Source: the human T2T-CHM13v2.0 reference genome, Homo sapiens
Reading direction: 5' to 3' (one strand)
DNA length: 64,000 nucleotides
Assembly: GCF_009914755.1 (NCBI RefSeq)
Contig: NC_060927.1
Both the position numbers and the translations under genes were made by a program. The notes under the pieces were generated by a model, which saw only the letters and a list, made by a program, of their open reading frames with translations, had not been told where the DNA came from and did not search any database. Shown in pieces: positions 14,806 to 29,100 of the stretch (positions are counted from its first letter, which is position 1; each line of letters begins with the position of its first letter).

Positions 14806-15689
14806 ACTTTTACATACTATTAAATTTTTGCTTTTAAGTTTGGGTCTTTAGCCACCTGGAATTTCTTTGTGAGTTGAAGAGTAAGTTTTTTTTCCATAAT
14901 AAGAACAAAAGTTTAAATATTTTAAAATAATCTGGCTATGTATTATAATGCCATTTCTGTCACATGGCAAGCTTCCATATATGCAGGGCTCTCCATTATG
15001 TTCCATTGTTCTTTTTATTTATCCCTCTGTCACTACCATGCTTGTAATTATTATAACTTTATGATAAGCTCTGATATTATATATAGGGCTTATTGTTGCA
15101 AATTCTTCCTTCTCTTCCAAAATATACTGGTTATTCTTGGCCTTTTGTATTTTCATGCCACTCTGTGATTATCTCATTAAATTTCATGAAATTCCTACTG
15201 GGCAGAGTACATTGAATTTATATACGAATGTGGGTATAACTATATTATTTATTTAATTTAAAACCTTTTGAATAAATACATATTTGAAAAACAAGAAGTG
15301 CTCTATTTTACTGGTCTGTGCTATCATTCTGGCGGAGGGGATAGATCATTTATTTTTATACAAATAGCACAATAACCAGCAGATGCAGAATAAATGTTCC
15401 TTGATTAACTAATTGAAAGAATGTATAAAGTAATAAATATAAACTTCTTTATGATCTTGTTAATAGTGGAGCTAAGTTATATCTATAATAAATGATTTAT
15501 AGTGAATAAGGATGGCTTATTTCCTTGATTCCTAAATCCATTATGACAGACCTCCACTATAACTGCTGTAACAAGAAAATATTTTTGAAAATTGAATTTA
15601 TAAGAGGGTTTAAATTTCTTTCTAAAGAAGCCTTTGATACACAGGGCGTGAATCTTAGAAACAACTTGCATTTTCAACCATGGAACATC

Positions 15690-16175
15690 TTTTATTGAAT
15701 ACCCCTTAAGTTGCAGGTATACGCTGCTGGGTCCTGGAGTTACAGCAGTGAACAAAAAGAACAAAGTCTATGCTTTCATGGGGCCTGCATTCCAGAGGGT
15801 ATAGAGACTAAAAGCATAATAAATACCTCAATCACATTTTATGTTAGAGGTACTGTGCACCATGAGAAAAAATAAAGCAGAGGAAAGGAAAGGAAAAGTT
15901 GGTGGTGAGGGGTTTGCAATTTTATGTAGGATAAAGGTAAGGCTCAATGAGTAGCTGACAATGGCTTGAAGGAGGGAACAGAGCAAGACGTAAAAACATC
16001 TGGAGATAGTGTTTCAGGTAGAAGGAGTAGGCAATGCAAAGTCAGAGGAGGACCTTGTCTAGCCAGTCTGAAGAGTAACAAGGAGCACAGCATCATTAAG
16101 GTGGAGTGATGGGGGAAGAACAGCAGGTAAGGACACAGTATAGGACTTTCTAGGCCACTGTGAGGATTCTGGCTT
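15690..16175 (+). mobile_element. L2 LINE fragment
   Basis: Resembles degenerate L2 3' sequence; orientation uncertain. Confidence 0.5.
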
Positions 16176-17184
16176 TCAGCTTCTGGGTTGCAAAAACCTG
16201 TCTTCTATGAAAATTGTTTTTGCATGATTATTATTCTAAAGAAGGTTTTTAAGTTGTTGCTCACTAGATTATTGCTGTTTTAGAAAAGTTTGCTCACATT
16301 TTCTGTAAGATAATTTTGAAAACTGTATCATTATACATGTTTTTAAGTTGACTTCCAAAATTTTCATAAGTATTTTAAATAATTGCAAAGAATATGACTT
16401 CTGGTATACTGAAAATATTTAAGATCAATTGTTATGTTACTCTTTCAAATGTAGTGGACTTTTAATGCCTTAGCAATTTGTAACTATTATCATCTCTTTA
16501 AATGATACATGAATAACTCTCTAATGGTTGAAAACGTTACACGACTTCTTAACCTTGCATTGCTATTTCATGCCACATCCCCCAGAGAATTTTATCTTTA
16601 TATAGAATACATTTATGCTTTAAAGTATTTTACTGACCATCTTAGCATATTTTGCTATATCAAGAAAGATATATAAATGCTCAAACTTAAGATTTTATTA
16701 TTATTATGATCTTCATTAATATTCCTGTGATCATAATGCCCCAACTATTAAAATGTGTTTTCAGGACTAAGTTGCATTCATTATAGTAATAATATATAAT
16801 TAATCAAGGCAACATAAATAAGAAATAAATTCTCATACAGTGATAGTTAACATAAAGTATAGTTTTATTGCAAATTATTTTGAGATATTTGGAGTACTTC
16901 TTAAAATGAGACAGGTTCAGCATAAATTTTATTCCTATTTCTTCTCAATTTTTTTTGATAAAGAAGGCAAATTGTGAAAATTTTATTTATGTAAATTAAG
17001 GGAATAAAAGGATTTTGTTAGAGCAGTGTTCCTCAACTCTTGGAATTCCTTCAGACTTATATGCCAAAATCACATTGTGCCATATTAAATAATTTTTATG
17101 ATCTTTCGGTGGGCAATTTATTTGAATTCTACTTCAAGTTTGTTGGAAGCAAAAACTTGGTGCAAAAATTACATTGCAAATGGA

Positions 17185-17756
17185 TTATTTATTTATTTAT
17201 TATTATATTTCAAGTTCTGGGGTACATGTGCAGAATGTGCAGGTTTGTTACATAGGTATACACGTGCCATGATGGTTTGCTACACTCATCAACCCGTCAT
17301 CTACGTTAGGTATTTCTCCTAATGCTATCCCTCTCTTGGCCCCCCACCCCATGACAGGCCCCAGTGTGTGATGTTTCCCTCCCTGTGTCTGTGTTCTCAC
17401 TGTTCAACTCCCACTTATGAGTGAGAACATGCAGTGTTTGGTTTTCTGTTCTTGTGTTAGTTTGCTGAGAATGATGATTTCAAGTTTCATCCATTTCCCT
17501 GCAAAGGACATGAGCTCATCCTTTTTTATGGCTACATGTTGTATATGTGCCACATTTTCTTTATACAGTCTTTATCCAGTCTATCCAGTCTATCATTCTT
17601 TATCCAGTCTATCATTTCTTTATCCAGTCTATCATTGGTGGACATTTGGGTTGGTTCCAAGTCTTTGCTATTGTGAACAGTGCTGCAATACGTGTGTATG
17701 TGTCTTTATAGTAGAATGATTTATAATCCTTTGGGTGTATACCCAGTAATGGGATA
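17185..17756 (-). mobile_element. L1PA 3' end (L1PA7/8-like)
   Basis: TATTATATTTCAAGTTCTGGGGTACATGTGCAGAATGTGCAGG...; internal tandem TCCAGTCTA copies. Confidence 0.9.
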
Positions 17757-19240
17757 CAAGTGGATTTTTAAAACTCATTCTTTGAGGTAATTTATTTTCT
17801 CAGCCCAACACCAATATATGAAAATATTCTTTTGTTAGGTGTGTCAGAGATTTTTTATTTCATGGAACAATGCACCATGTTAAGATTCATGATAGATGAG
17901 AAGGACAATGATAAGGAGGGCAATTGAAGTGAGAGAAGGACAATTGTAAAGGAAAAAGGGAAAAAGTAACATTCCTACTTCAGGAATGTTCACAGCCAGA
18001 TCAAATTGAGAACAAAGTTTCACATGGAAGTTGAAAATTTGGAATTTGATTTTCCTCAAAATATCTGTGGGTTTGCTTAGTACCTGAGAAAGTTTTTGTG
18101 CCTCTAGAGTTATGCATAGTCCAGACGAAGACAACTGCATTGAATCATTTTTTTTCCTCACCACTGAGATAAGAACACAAAGCCAATCATGCCAATTTGA
18201 TTATTCTAGAGGTGGGAAAAACTTTTGCTTTAAAGTGATAGAAAAACAGTGTGGAAAAGTAACAGTAGAGTCAAGGAAATAATCAAGGTTATTTATTTTT
18301 ATTGTAAATATTGGCACAGCATTCCATAAATACAAATCTAATAAATTTGTATTTTCTGGTGACCAAACTATCTAACAAATCACACTGGAAGTTATGCTAC
18401 CAATGTGAAGTTATTTTTTATCTTGAAATCAAATAAACATTTTTTTCAGAAACCTGTTAATAGAAAAGATGGCATACTTTCCCCAATATCCAACTGATTT
18501 TTAAATATTACCTTTTAGCACAATTATAAAAGTAGAAAATATTATCTTAAGTATATTCACCAGGCTTCAAGAAATAAAGATAGAAGAAAATGTGATGCTT
18601 TTCTAGGAGAACAAAACATTAGAAACATTTCCTAATAGGCAGAAACAGAAACTGAAGGTACCTTAAATATAGACAACCATTTGTTCTCTAGTACTTCCTT
18701 AGTTTAAACAAAAATGCTCCAGCCAGTGTGGAAGCTGTGTAAAAGCACTTTGATATCCCCAGCTAAGAAGGCATTATAATACATTATAACTCTTAAAAAC
18801 CATTTTAAAATTTCAATGAGCAAACTTAAATCATACTCCCTTCTCTTTGCTTCTTGTAGGAAAAAATATATATCTACATTCACTAAGTCTGAATTCCTTG
18901 TTTTGAAATATTACTGGGTTAACTCACTCAAGTAGACACCTTTCACACCCTAATCCCAGTAATAATTGTGTCTTTCCTCATTCCTATGGGGGAATTACTG
19001 CTTGCAGTGATGTATAGCTTGTTGGCATATGTCTGCATGTTACTAAAAACTTTCTGAGTTCACATATACTGTATAATGTCCTGGTGGAAAAAGTGTGAAA
19101 GTGTGTGTTTGTATACATGTGCTGTGGAAGGTGTTACATAGTCTACTTGAGTAGTAACAAGTTCCTATTTATTACAAATATTCCTGAGAGGACCTATAAG
19201 AATCTTTCAAAACCTGATGCCCACTGTTTTAAAAGCTCTA

Positions 19241-19513
<273 letters not shown>

Positions 19514-22500
19514 AAAAGCTCTACATCAAGCTAGGCTAAGCCAATCACCTATCTGTGAATCTTGACTGTGAAATGTGTGAAAGGACAGAGAAGGAAATGG
19601 AAGCAGAAGATGATGGGAAAGCATATGTCCCACTGTTTGCCAGGATCCTGCAGCTCTAACAACCATCTCCCTTTTTCTCCTTTTCCACCACTTACCATGT
19701 TTTTCTAGGAGAATCACCACATGATCCAGGAATTCCAAAGTCCCGCTGAATTATCTTTACACTACTAACAAATACTGAGGTTTACATAGTAACTTTATTT
19801 TTAAAGTTATTAAAAACAAAACAAATTTAGATCAAGCAACTTTGTTTTGCAACTACTTAAGAAATGGTAACTTCTGAAGCATGTTTTCAAATTTTATATT
19901 ATCCATTTGCTTAAACAGAGTATTGTCATAAAATCACAATGACTCCATAATAAATGCTTCTGTAATAAAGCTCAAACCTCCAACTTGGATTATAAGGCCC
20001 TTTAGGTTTTGAGGTTTCGATTTCTGAATAACTCTCCAATACTCAATGCCATTTTCCCTCACCCTCACAACTTTCCAGACACACTAACCTCTTTTTAATT
20101 CTTCATCTTTGCCAAGATGTTTCCATATCAGGACATTCTTACTCTCTTATCCAGGAATGATGATTAACCAGTTTTTCAGATAAATCCAACCTTTTTAAAG
20201 TTTTCGCTCAGATGCTAGACCTACAGCTTTGGAGAACTTTTCAGACCATCACTTCTAAAAGAGTATTCCCAAACTACTCTCTATTTAAGTACTCTAATTA
20301 TTTCCTTTATAGAAATGATCACAACCTGAATTAGTTCATTAATTTGTTCATATGTTTATTATCTTTCTTTGAGTGGACAAGGACCTCCTCTGTATACTCA
20401 GAGGAGTATACTCAGGATGTATACATAAAATAATGCCTGACCCAAGTAAAATAATCCCTGACCCAACAAAGGTAGTCAAAACCATTGTTGCATGACTGCA
20501 GGAAAAGTAAAGTGATTAGACCAAAATTAGAGAAGAATATTTGGTGCAAAACATACAGATTTATCCAAATGAGATCATGTGTTTTCAAAGCACTTACCAA
20601 CGTGTTTTATTTTTATTTAAATCTGTTTTCTTACACTGGAATATCCATTTCCTAACCCTCAGAGTTCATGCATCTGTTTAGTTGGGATAGTGGCTGTGTG
20701 TTGGGTGGCATAATGGACACAGCCTAAGACATACTACCTGACCCAGCAGTATAAAAGGGATCTATTCGAATGGTCCTATATTTCCACTGGAAAATACGTA
20801 CCCCTCTCACCCCTTTCTCAGTTGATTCTGACATCTATTTTTTCACCTACATGATAAAAATATTGAATCACAGATGGCCTTATAGGAAGAGTGTTGACAT
20901 CTTCAGGAAGAACTTTGGTCTGGCATATGATTTATCCACCCCAGGTTGGGTGGGAAAAATCAATACCCAGTTGTGTAGCTTTGCTGTTGCTGAGTTGCTT
21001 TAAAAAATGTAATAGGCTTAAGTTAACAAAATAAGATTTCAGATCCACCCTTTTTTATTCCACAAAGTAGACAAAATTCACGACAAAATACGGACTGATG
21101 GTCAAACCTTCCCCATAGCTGTTAATAATGAGAAGGACATTATTATAAAAGATGAATGATTTTGCTGACCTGTTTCCCTCTCTGTTGGGTAATATAAGTA
21201 TCTCTCACTCCTGCTGATAAAAACAGTTAATCTCTTGTGAAAGTCTCAGCATTTTTCCATACAAGCAGCTCTTTTACAAAAACTGCTCAAATGATTAGAG
21301 ACCTTAGGAATAAGAAACTATTAAGTCAAAAATTATGCTCCTTAAATAAATGTTTCCTATGTAGGTTTCATTAAATTTTCACCAAAGACTAATAACTTAA
21401 TTTGAGCTTCTCTTTATATAATTTTGGAACATTGTACTCTTTTATGAGAAAACGCTAGTAAGTTGTTTTCATTTTTATTTTTAAATGAATGGTGTTAGTT
21501 ATTTTAGAAAATAACATCTTTATTCATTAAAGGCTTAGGGCACCTTATGAAATAATAGAAGGAGCACTATTTTGGGTCTATAATAGATGGATCTCTGAAT
21601 GCCATATTACCTCATTTTTAAGTTTCAGGTTTGGAAATTTATGTAGCTTTAGTATATTTTAGGGCTGCTAAACAAAATTGGCCTCCTCACAGTGTTTCCA
21701 ATAAAGGACCCCCTCCAAAAACCTAAAAAATTAACCATATAAATTTTTCTTGTGAACTCCTTAAAGTTTTGAAATGTATATGTTAGTGGCACAGAAAGAT
21801 ATTTTTTCACTATTTATTTGATAATTGTAATTATTTTGATTACCAGTATTCAAAGTTTCAGTTTTCCTTTTTTTTTACATAAGCATCAAAGATGAGAAAG
21901 GGAAAAATATAGGGATTTATACTTTTAAAGTTAACTTTTTAAACATGGTACATACTAACTTTAATTTTATGATTAGTAACACATGCCAACATAAATAGAC
22001 ATAGACTACTGTTAACAAGACAGCAAAGCCATGGCTCAATTTCTTTTAAAAACTGCTCACTGCAACGATTTTCATATAATTTCTTCATGCCTGTACATAA
22101 GGCAGATAGGAATATGCAAATATATAAATCACAAGGATGCAGAAGTCTTCAACGTGTTACCAGTATTAGCATCTGGCCTGGATTGCAGAATTCATCTCTG
22201 GCACCATTTATTAAGATAAATTTTATTATCTAGTTTCTTACTTTATACTTAAAATCCTGAATCATGTTCAAAACTTGCAGGTTTTTGCAGTCACTAAATG
22301 TTTGCAATAAATCTCTTAAAATACATTAAATTATTTAAAATAATGACTAAATTTATTTTAAACATATTTATATGTGCTGGGTTAGGTGATATTAAACAAC
22401 TTTTATTGGGTTTGTAGTACTCTGTTTTACTAGAAACTGTATATAGCCAACTGAAGCCTCCCTGAAGGCAGCATACAGAGTGACTATTCCCTGAATAGTT

Positions 22501-23617
22501 CACTGTTATTAACTGGCATGCCAGTTCCTTCAAAGCACTTGACTAAAATTGCTTATGAAAAAATTTCCAGGTGATGGAATGAACATAATGTTAAAAGTGC
22601 CCACAGTTTTTGGTGCTGCACACTGTTCTTCACACATTTAATCGTGACAGTAACCCTGGATAATAGCCATTATCTCCCATTTTATGGATAAGGAAACTGA
22701 AGATTAGATAGATATAGAATGTTGTCAGGGTCTCACAGCCGATACTAGTCAAAGTCAAGATTTAAACCCACGTTTTTTTATTCTCACTCACAGTATAGTC
22801 CTTTCTCTCTCATAATTTATTAAATTCCTCTGTTTAAACATATCAGTAAAAGATGGTGGAAGGATAGGGTAGATGCTTTAATTCCAAGCCCCAGAAACCT
22901 GTCCCATGTTTTTTCTGAGAGTTTGAAAACTAGGAAAGAATATTATAGTTTGACTGCATATTGGGAGTGAAAGGGAAAGCAATTAATCCAATCATAAAAA
23001 GGAGGTGCACTGAGCAAACAATTTAAGAAGAGTTTTTTCATAACGTTGAAGGCTTAAAAGCATAGCAGTTGGGCAATATATTTTATGAAATACCTGTTAT
23101 TTAATATGAGGCCGTAATTGAAGCTAATTTAGTCTTTCAGGTATGTTTTAGAATACAAAACATGCTCATTATCCACTGACTTATTTTACAGCTATGTTAT
23201 TGTACATGACCAACAATCTTGTTTGATTCACTTTTTAAAGAGGTAAATGAAGCACAATTATGTCTTCAAGCAACAAAAAAGATAACAATACTATAATTTA
23301 AAGTGACATCTAATGTCCAATCTGTCCTTAGAATAGATAATTTTATGCCACACAAAGTTTAAGTCATAATTGGATCGCTATCTTTTTATTATTCACTTGT
23401 ATTTTCTATATAATTCTTGATAATTTGGCCATTGACATTAAATTATAACTAGAAGCACAAAGTGGACTCTTGCTTTGGAAATATAATTACAAAAGACAAG
23501 CAACCAAAAGCAAAAACAGCCTCTAAGATGCAATAGTAATGTATATTTGTTATTTGTCTTCCCAACGTTTGTTGGGTCTCTATTTCTCCTTCTTTCAGCT
23601 TTGACGCTTGAATGGTG

Positions 23618-24100
23618 TATGATAGGCTAGAATAATGATCCCCAAAAGAAACCCAGATCCCACTCTCTGGAACTTGTGACTGCTATTTTATATGGCATAA
23701 GTAATTTTTCAAGTGTGATTAAGCTAAGGATCTTGACATAGGGAGATAATCCTGCATTACCTGGACAGTTTTGACATGTAAATTTCAAGGTTCCTTATAT
23801 GAGGGAGGATAATTGTAGAAGAAGGCAATGTGACCACTAAAGCAAGATGTTACACTGTTGGCTTTAAAGACAGACAAAGGGGCCAAGAGCCAAAGAATGT
23901 ATCTATAGAAGTTAGAAAGGCAAGTAAACGGATTCTCGCCCAGAGCCTCCAGGGAGAGCACAGCCTTGACACCTTAATTTTGACCTGGTAAGACTGGTTT
24001 CAGACTTCTGACTTCCAGAAATGTAAGAGAATAAATGTATGTTTTATTAGCCCACAAAGTTTGTGGTGATGTTTTAGAGCAGCCATAGGAAATTAATACA
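23618..24100 (+). mobile_element. MaLR LTR (MLT1D-like)
   Basis: GTGTGATTAAGCTAAGGATCTTGA, GAGAATAAATGT, terminal GCAGCCATAGGAAATTAATACA. Confidence 0.82.
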
Positions 24101-24136
24101 GATGGGGTTCAGGGGTGGAACCAGTGACCTATTTCT

Positions 24137-24341
24137 GTTTTTCTTTTTTTTTTCTTTTTTCTATTTATTTATTTATTTATTTATTTATTTATTTTGAGAA
24201 CAAGTCTTTCACTGTCACTCGGGCTGGAGTGCAATGGTGCGATCTCGGCTCACTGCATCCCCTGCCTCCTGGTTCAAGCGATTCTTCTGCCTCAGCCTCC
24301 CAAGTAGCTGGGATTACAGGCGTGAGCCACCATGCCCGGCC
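24137..24341 (-). mobile_element. Monomer-length Alu
   Basis: Right-arm body joined to the Alu 5' end; 17-bp TSD ACCAGTGACCTATTTCT (24120-24136, 24343-24359). Confidence 0.88.
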
Positions 24342-26576
24342 CACCAGTGACCTATTTCTAAGCTAATCAATATATCCCATTTTTCTACCCACAATCAGAC
24401 AGTTCAAAATGGCTTAAGTTACCCAATCAGAGGTAAAAGCAGGAATGCTGAAAAGAGATAAGGGAGTTGTCCCATTAGGCTGAATCTTAGAGGATGTGAA
24501 AGCTGGAAAGCTGAAGCCATCTACTGTTCACAGGGGAAAACCTGCATAAGTGTAAAGCCAAATGGAGACCTGGAGGAGATGTGAGTGCAGAGAGCAAAAG
24601 ACAGAAAGCAAAAAGAGTAGAGGAGTGCAAAGGAGGAGGATTTGCTAAGTGCTGACAGTATTTGATATCTCAAGTACCTCAAGATATATCTTAAACCACC
24701 CTGCCCCCTGCACTTCTGTTAAGTGAACGAATCAGCTTCCTATTTTCATAAACCAGGTTGGCTGCCTTTTCTGTCATTTGCAAGTGAAAGGGCTACATGT
24801 GAACCCATCTTTAGGTTTGAGTTTTAATTTTTTTTTTTTTAAGTAACAAAGGTCAGTACAATTGTATGACTGATAGCATGTATACTTTACTATGTAAACA
24901 TCATTGGAGACTGTATGAACAGGCACACTTCAAATATTTAAAAGATAAGATTATAAGCAATAAATATTAGAGCTGGCCACATAATCATCAGGGAGTAGAC
25001 TGGGAAGACAAACCCTAAGGGAGGAGGTTAATTTACTTGGGCAGGATTCCAGTCCTATTTACTTAGGGACTCTTTTGCCAAATTCTAGTAGGGGTCCTCA
25101 TACCTAATGTATCAGGACACATTATCCAATCCTAAACTACTTTATATTATGAATAAAATATTGCTTTAACTGATCTTTGTCTTTTTAAATATTAAACAGC
25201 TGTTTAGACATTTCTTTTGGTGCTGTTTAGTTACCACTATGTTTCAATCCCAGAGTAAATAGAGAAGATTGTCTCCCCACCACCAACACCTTTCACTTGC
25301 CACCAGCATAGAACATTTGTTTTCTGTGAAAAGAACCAATATTGCATTAAAAAATTAAAAGTCCATAGTTTGAAATAGACTTTGGTATCTGTAAAGTTAC
25401 TATGGTGAGGTAAATTACTTGAGTGAAAGTATTGGATAAGTTCCACATTAGCTAAAAGATAGGACAGACAATTTGCAGATTGTACTTGCCGTTTTTGTAG
25501 GACATAGTCTTGTTAGGACTTTCTTTATTATCTTCAAGAGACAATTGTTCTAAGTAAAAATAGTAATAATGGCATAATAGAAATGTCCAGGATATAAATA
25601 TGATTATCTTAAAGTTTTGCCTGAAAATATGAGTATCAGATAAATCGATCACTCATAGACAGCCCTTAATTTTCTCAGATGATTTGATTTTCTGATGTAG
25701 TAGCTGATTTGCAGAATGTATGATACCTAGTATTAGTAAATAACAACACCAATTCCTCCCATAAAAAGTTCAATTAAGTGCTCTGTTCTAAGTCTTCCAT
25801 TTGAGGCTATTTCTATTGGTAAAAAGTTAATAATGTGACAATCTATATATTTTGTTGTTAAATATAACTCCATATTGATTTGATATAATATCTAGATATA
25901 TAATCCATGACTGATGACTACTTGGAGCCATCTTCTGAAGAAAGGGAGGAAGCTGTTGAAAACAGACCAATGGCCAATCAGAGATTCAGTCAAGGATGGT
26001 CACTATAATTTTACCAGTTTCAATGCCTTTGTAAATGTAGAAGAATATATTTTTACTGAAGTACAGTCATTCTGGCAGAAAAGATGGTTAGGAGTAGTTA
26101 GGAGCGGCTTATCAATTAGGACTAATTTATACCGTGAAAATATTAAACCTAGCTTGTTTTTGACACCACATGCTTAAGTGACTTGTTCTCTCTCTCTCAT
26201 TAGCCTATAGATGTCAATGCTTCCACTGAACACAGAAAAATAATATGCTGTTTCTCATATCTACCTAACGGTGACCACTAGACTATCAAATACCAGAACT
26301 ATAATTTACTAGCTTCATTACCAGCTTCTTCCTGAGATGTTAACTTGTCAGTACCTGGAGACCTTGTCTAAATTTCGTGATTTCTTTCACTTGGGACTTA
26401 TAAGTGCAGTTTCATTATTCCTTTCTCTCTAATAAAAGTTTATGTTATAAATACAAACTTTAAATGATAAATGGAGAATCTCTGAATCACCAAAGAAATT
26501 TTTATAAAGACACAGTCTGTAAAATCTAATTCCCACATGACCCAGATACAACAAAGTACAAAACTTTTCATGTATT

Positions 26577-26899
<323 letters not shown>

Positions 26900-26984
26900 T
26901 TATGCATTAAGTAAGTAGATGAGTTAAGAAAACATGGTATGTGATTAAAATAGCAGTGAACCACATTCCAATGGCATATATACT

Positions 26985-27309
26985 TATTGCTTGGGATTTA
27001 TGAGGGATTGGTTGCAGGACCCACCCCCTATACCAACATCCACTGATGCTCAAGTCCCTTATGGTGTAGTATTTGCATGTAACTCATGCACATTGTCCTG
27101 TATACTTTAAATCATCTCTCGGTTACTTATAATACCTACTATAATGCCCACACATCACTTCATTAGTGTGGATTCAATGTAGCATACTCGGTGTGGCAAA
27201 TTCAAGTTTTGCTTTTTAAAGTTTTGTGGTATGTTTTTCCAAACAGTTTCAATTCTTGGTTGGTTGAATCCATTAATGCAGCACCCACGGATTTAGAGGG
27301 CTGACTGTA
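26985..27309 (+). mobile_element. MER2-family MITE
   Basis: GGGATTGGTTGCAGGACC...GAGGGCTGACTGTA. Confidence 0.78.
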
Positions 27310-28639
27310 TTTTTCAGTTATAGACACAACCTTAGAAATACTTTATGCAGAACTGATAAAGAATCCGTAGCACTACAATGATTCATAATAACAAAATGGA
27401 CTTCATCCTTAAGAAATATCCAAATGAGTCGCTTCTAATTTAAATTTTTATAGCTAAATTAATTCAAAACCTTATTTCACTAATTTAATTTTCTACAATA
27501 AAGTAAAAAAATAGATAAATCACTTATCAAGAGAAAAAATAAGTTTTCTAAAACCTATGCCCTAGATTAAATACATATCCATTACAGTCTCTTACATAGT
27601 TTCTATTTATATGACCAAAGTTGACATTCATGATGACTGACCCTGAATCACTGTTGAGTATTGAATAATCAGAAATAAAATTATTTTCTTTACACAGCAT
27701 ACTAATGTTGTTCTTAAAAATTCACTAAAGTCTTCGATTTTAAAAATGCAATCTATACTTTATTATTATTATTTTTTAAAAGAGCCACTCATGCAAGCAA
27801 GTACAACAAACACACAGTGCTAAAAGACATAGTCAAAAAAGCAATTCCTTGATCAAGTCCATCGAACTTTTCATTCTTCTTCCCAGAAACAAAACAAAAC
27901 AAAAAAACACTTTCAATGTTTTAAGTTCTTTCTTCAGGTTTGCTTTCTTGTAATATTCAGTAATGCTCCTAGGGTTGTTTGTTTGTTTTTGTTTTTAATT
28001 ACATGCCTTATTTATTGGCTTCTTTTAGGTATTGAGAATTTACCTCTTTTGCACCACCCCAAATCATGTCCTTTTCCCTATCTTCACAAACTAAATAAAC
28101 CATATTTTAAATTCTCAGTCTAGCTTTACTTCATTATATGTATGCAATTATTGTTCACTGTATTTCCAACCCTATCATGTACAAGTTTTCAACTAGGAAT
28201 TAATAACAGACTTTTTTTTTAAAAGGCTTAACTTACTATGTATTTATGGCAAATTATTTTCCCTAACCTCCAAATATTTAGTAGTAATTTTTTCAAAAAT
28301 TTGCTTATCAGATAATATGTTAGTTTTACTGGCTTTTCGTCTAGACCATCCTCTGCATTCATCTATCCTTCTTGGTCTAAATTAGACTGATTTCTTACTG
28401 GGTCTGGTAGTTTCTGGTAATTCTAACCTTTTTTACCAGTCTCTTGGGATCACCTATTTCCTGGATCCCATGTCTTCCTCTGTCTCAGCTTATTCTCTAA
28501 TTTTGCTGTAATTACATCTTTTGGTAGCTTCTAAGGAAAAACTCATGAAAGATTTATTTTTGAGACATTGTATTTTTGAAAATATTCTCTCATTACATTT
28601 TGTTTTCATTTTTGTTGTTGTTGGTGGTGGTGGTGGGTT

Positions 28640-29100
<461 letters not shown>

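Larger units (their letters stand above)
13330..15240 (-). mobile_element. Old L1M fragments hosting MER44 and an Alu
   Basis: Degenerate T-rich antisense L1 3' sequence. Confidence 0.55.
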
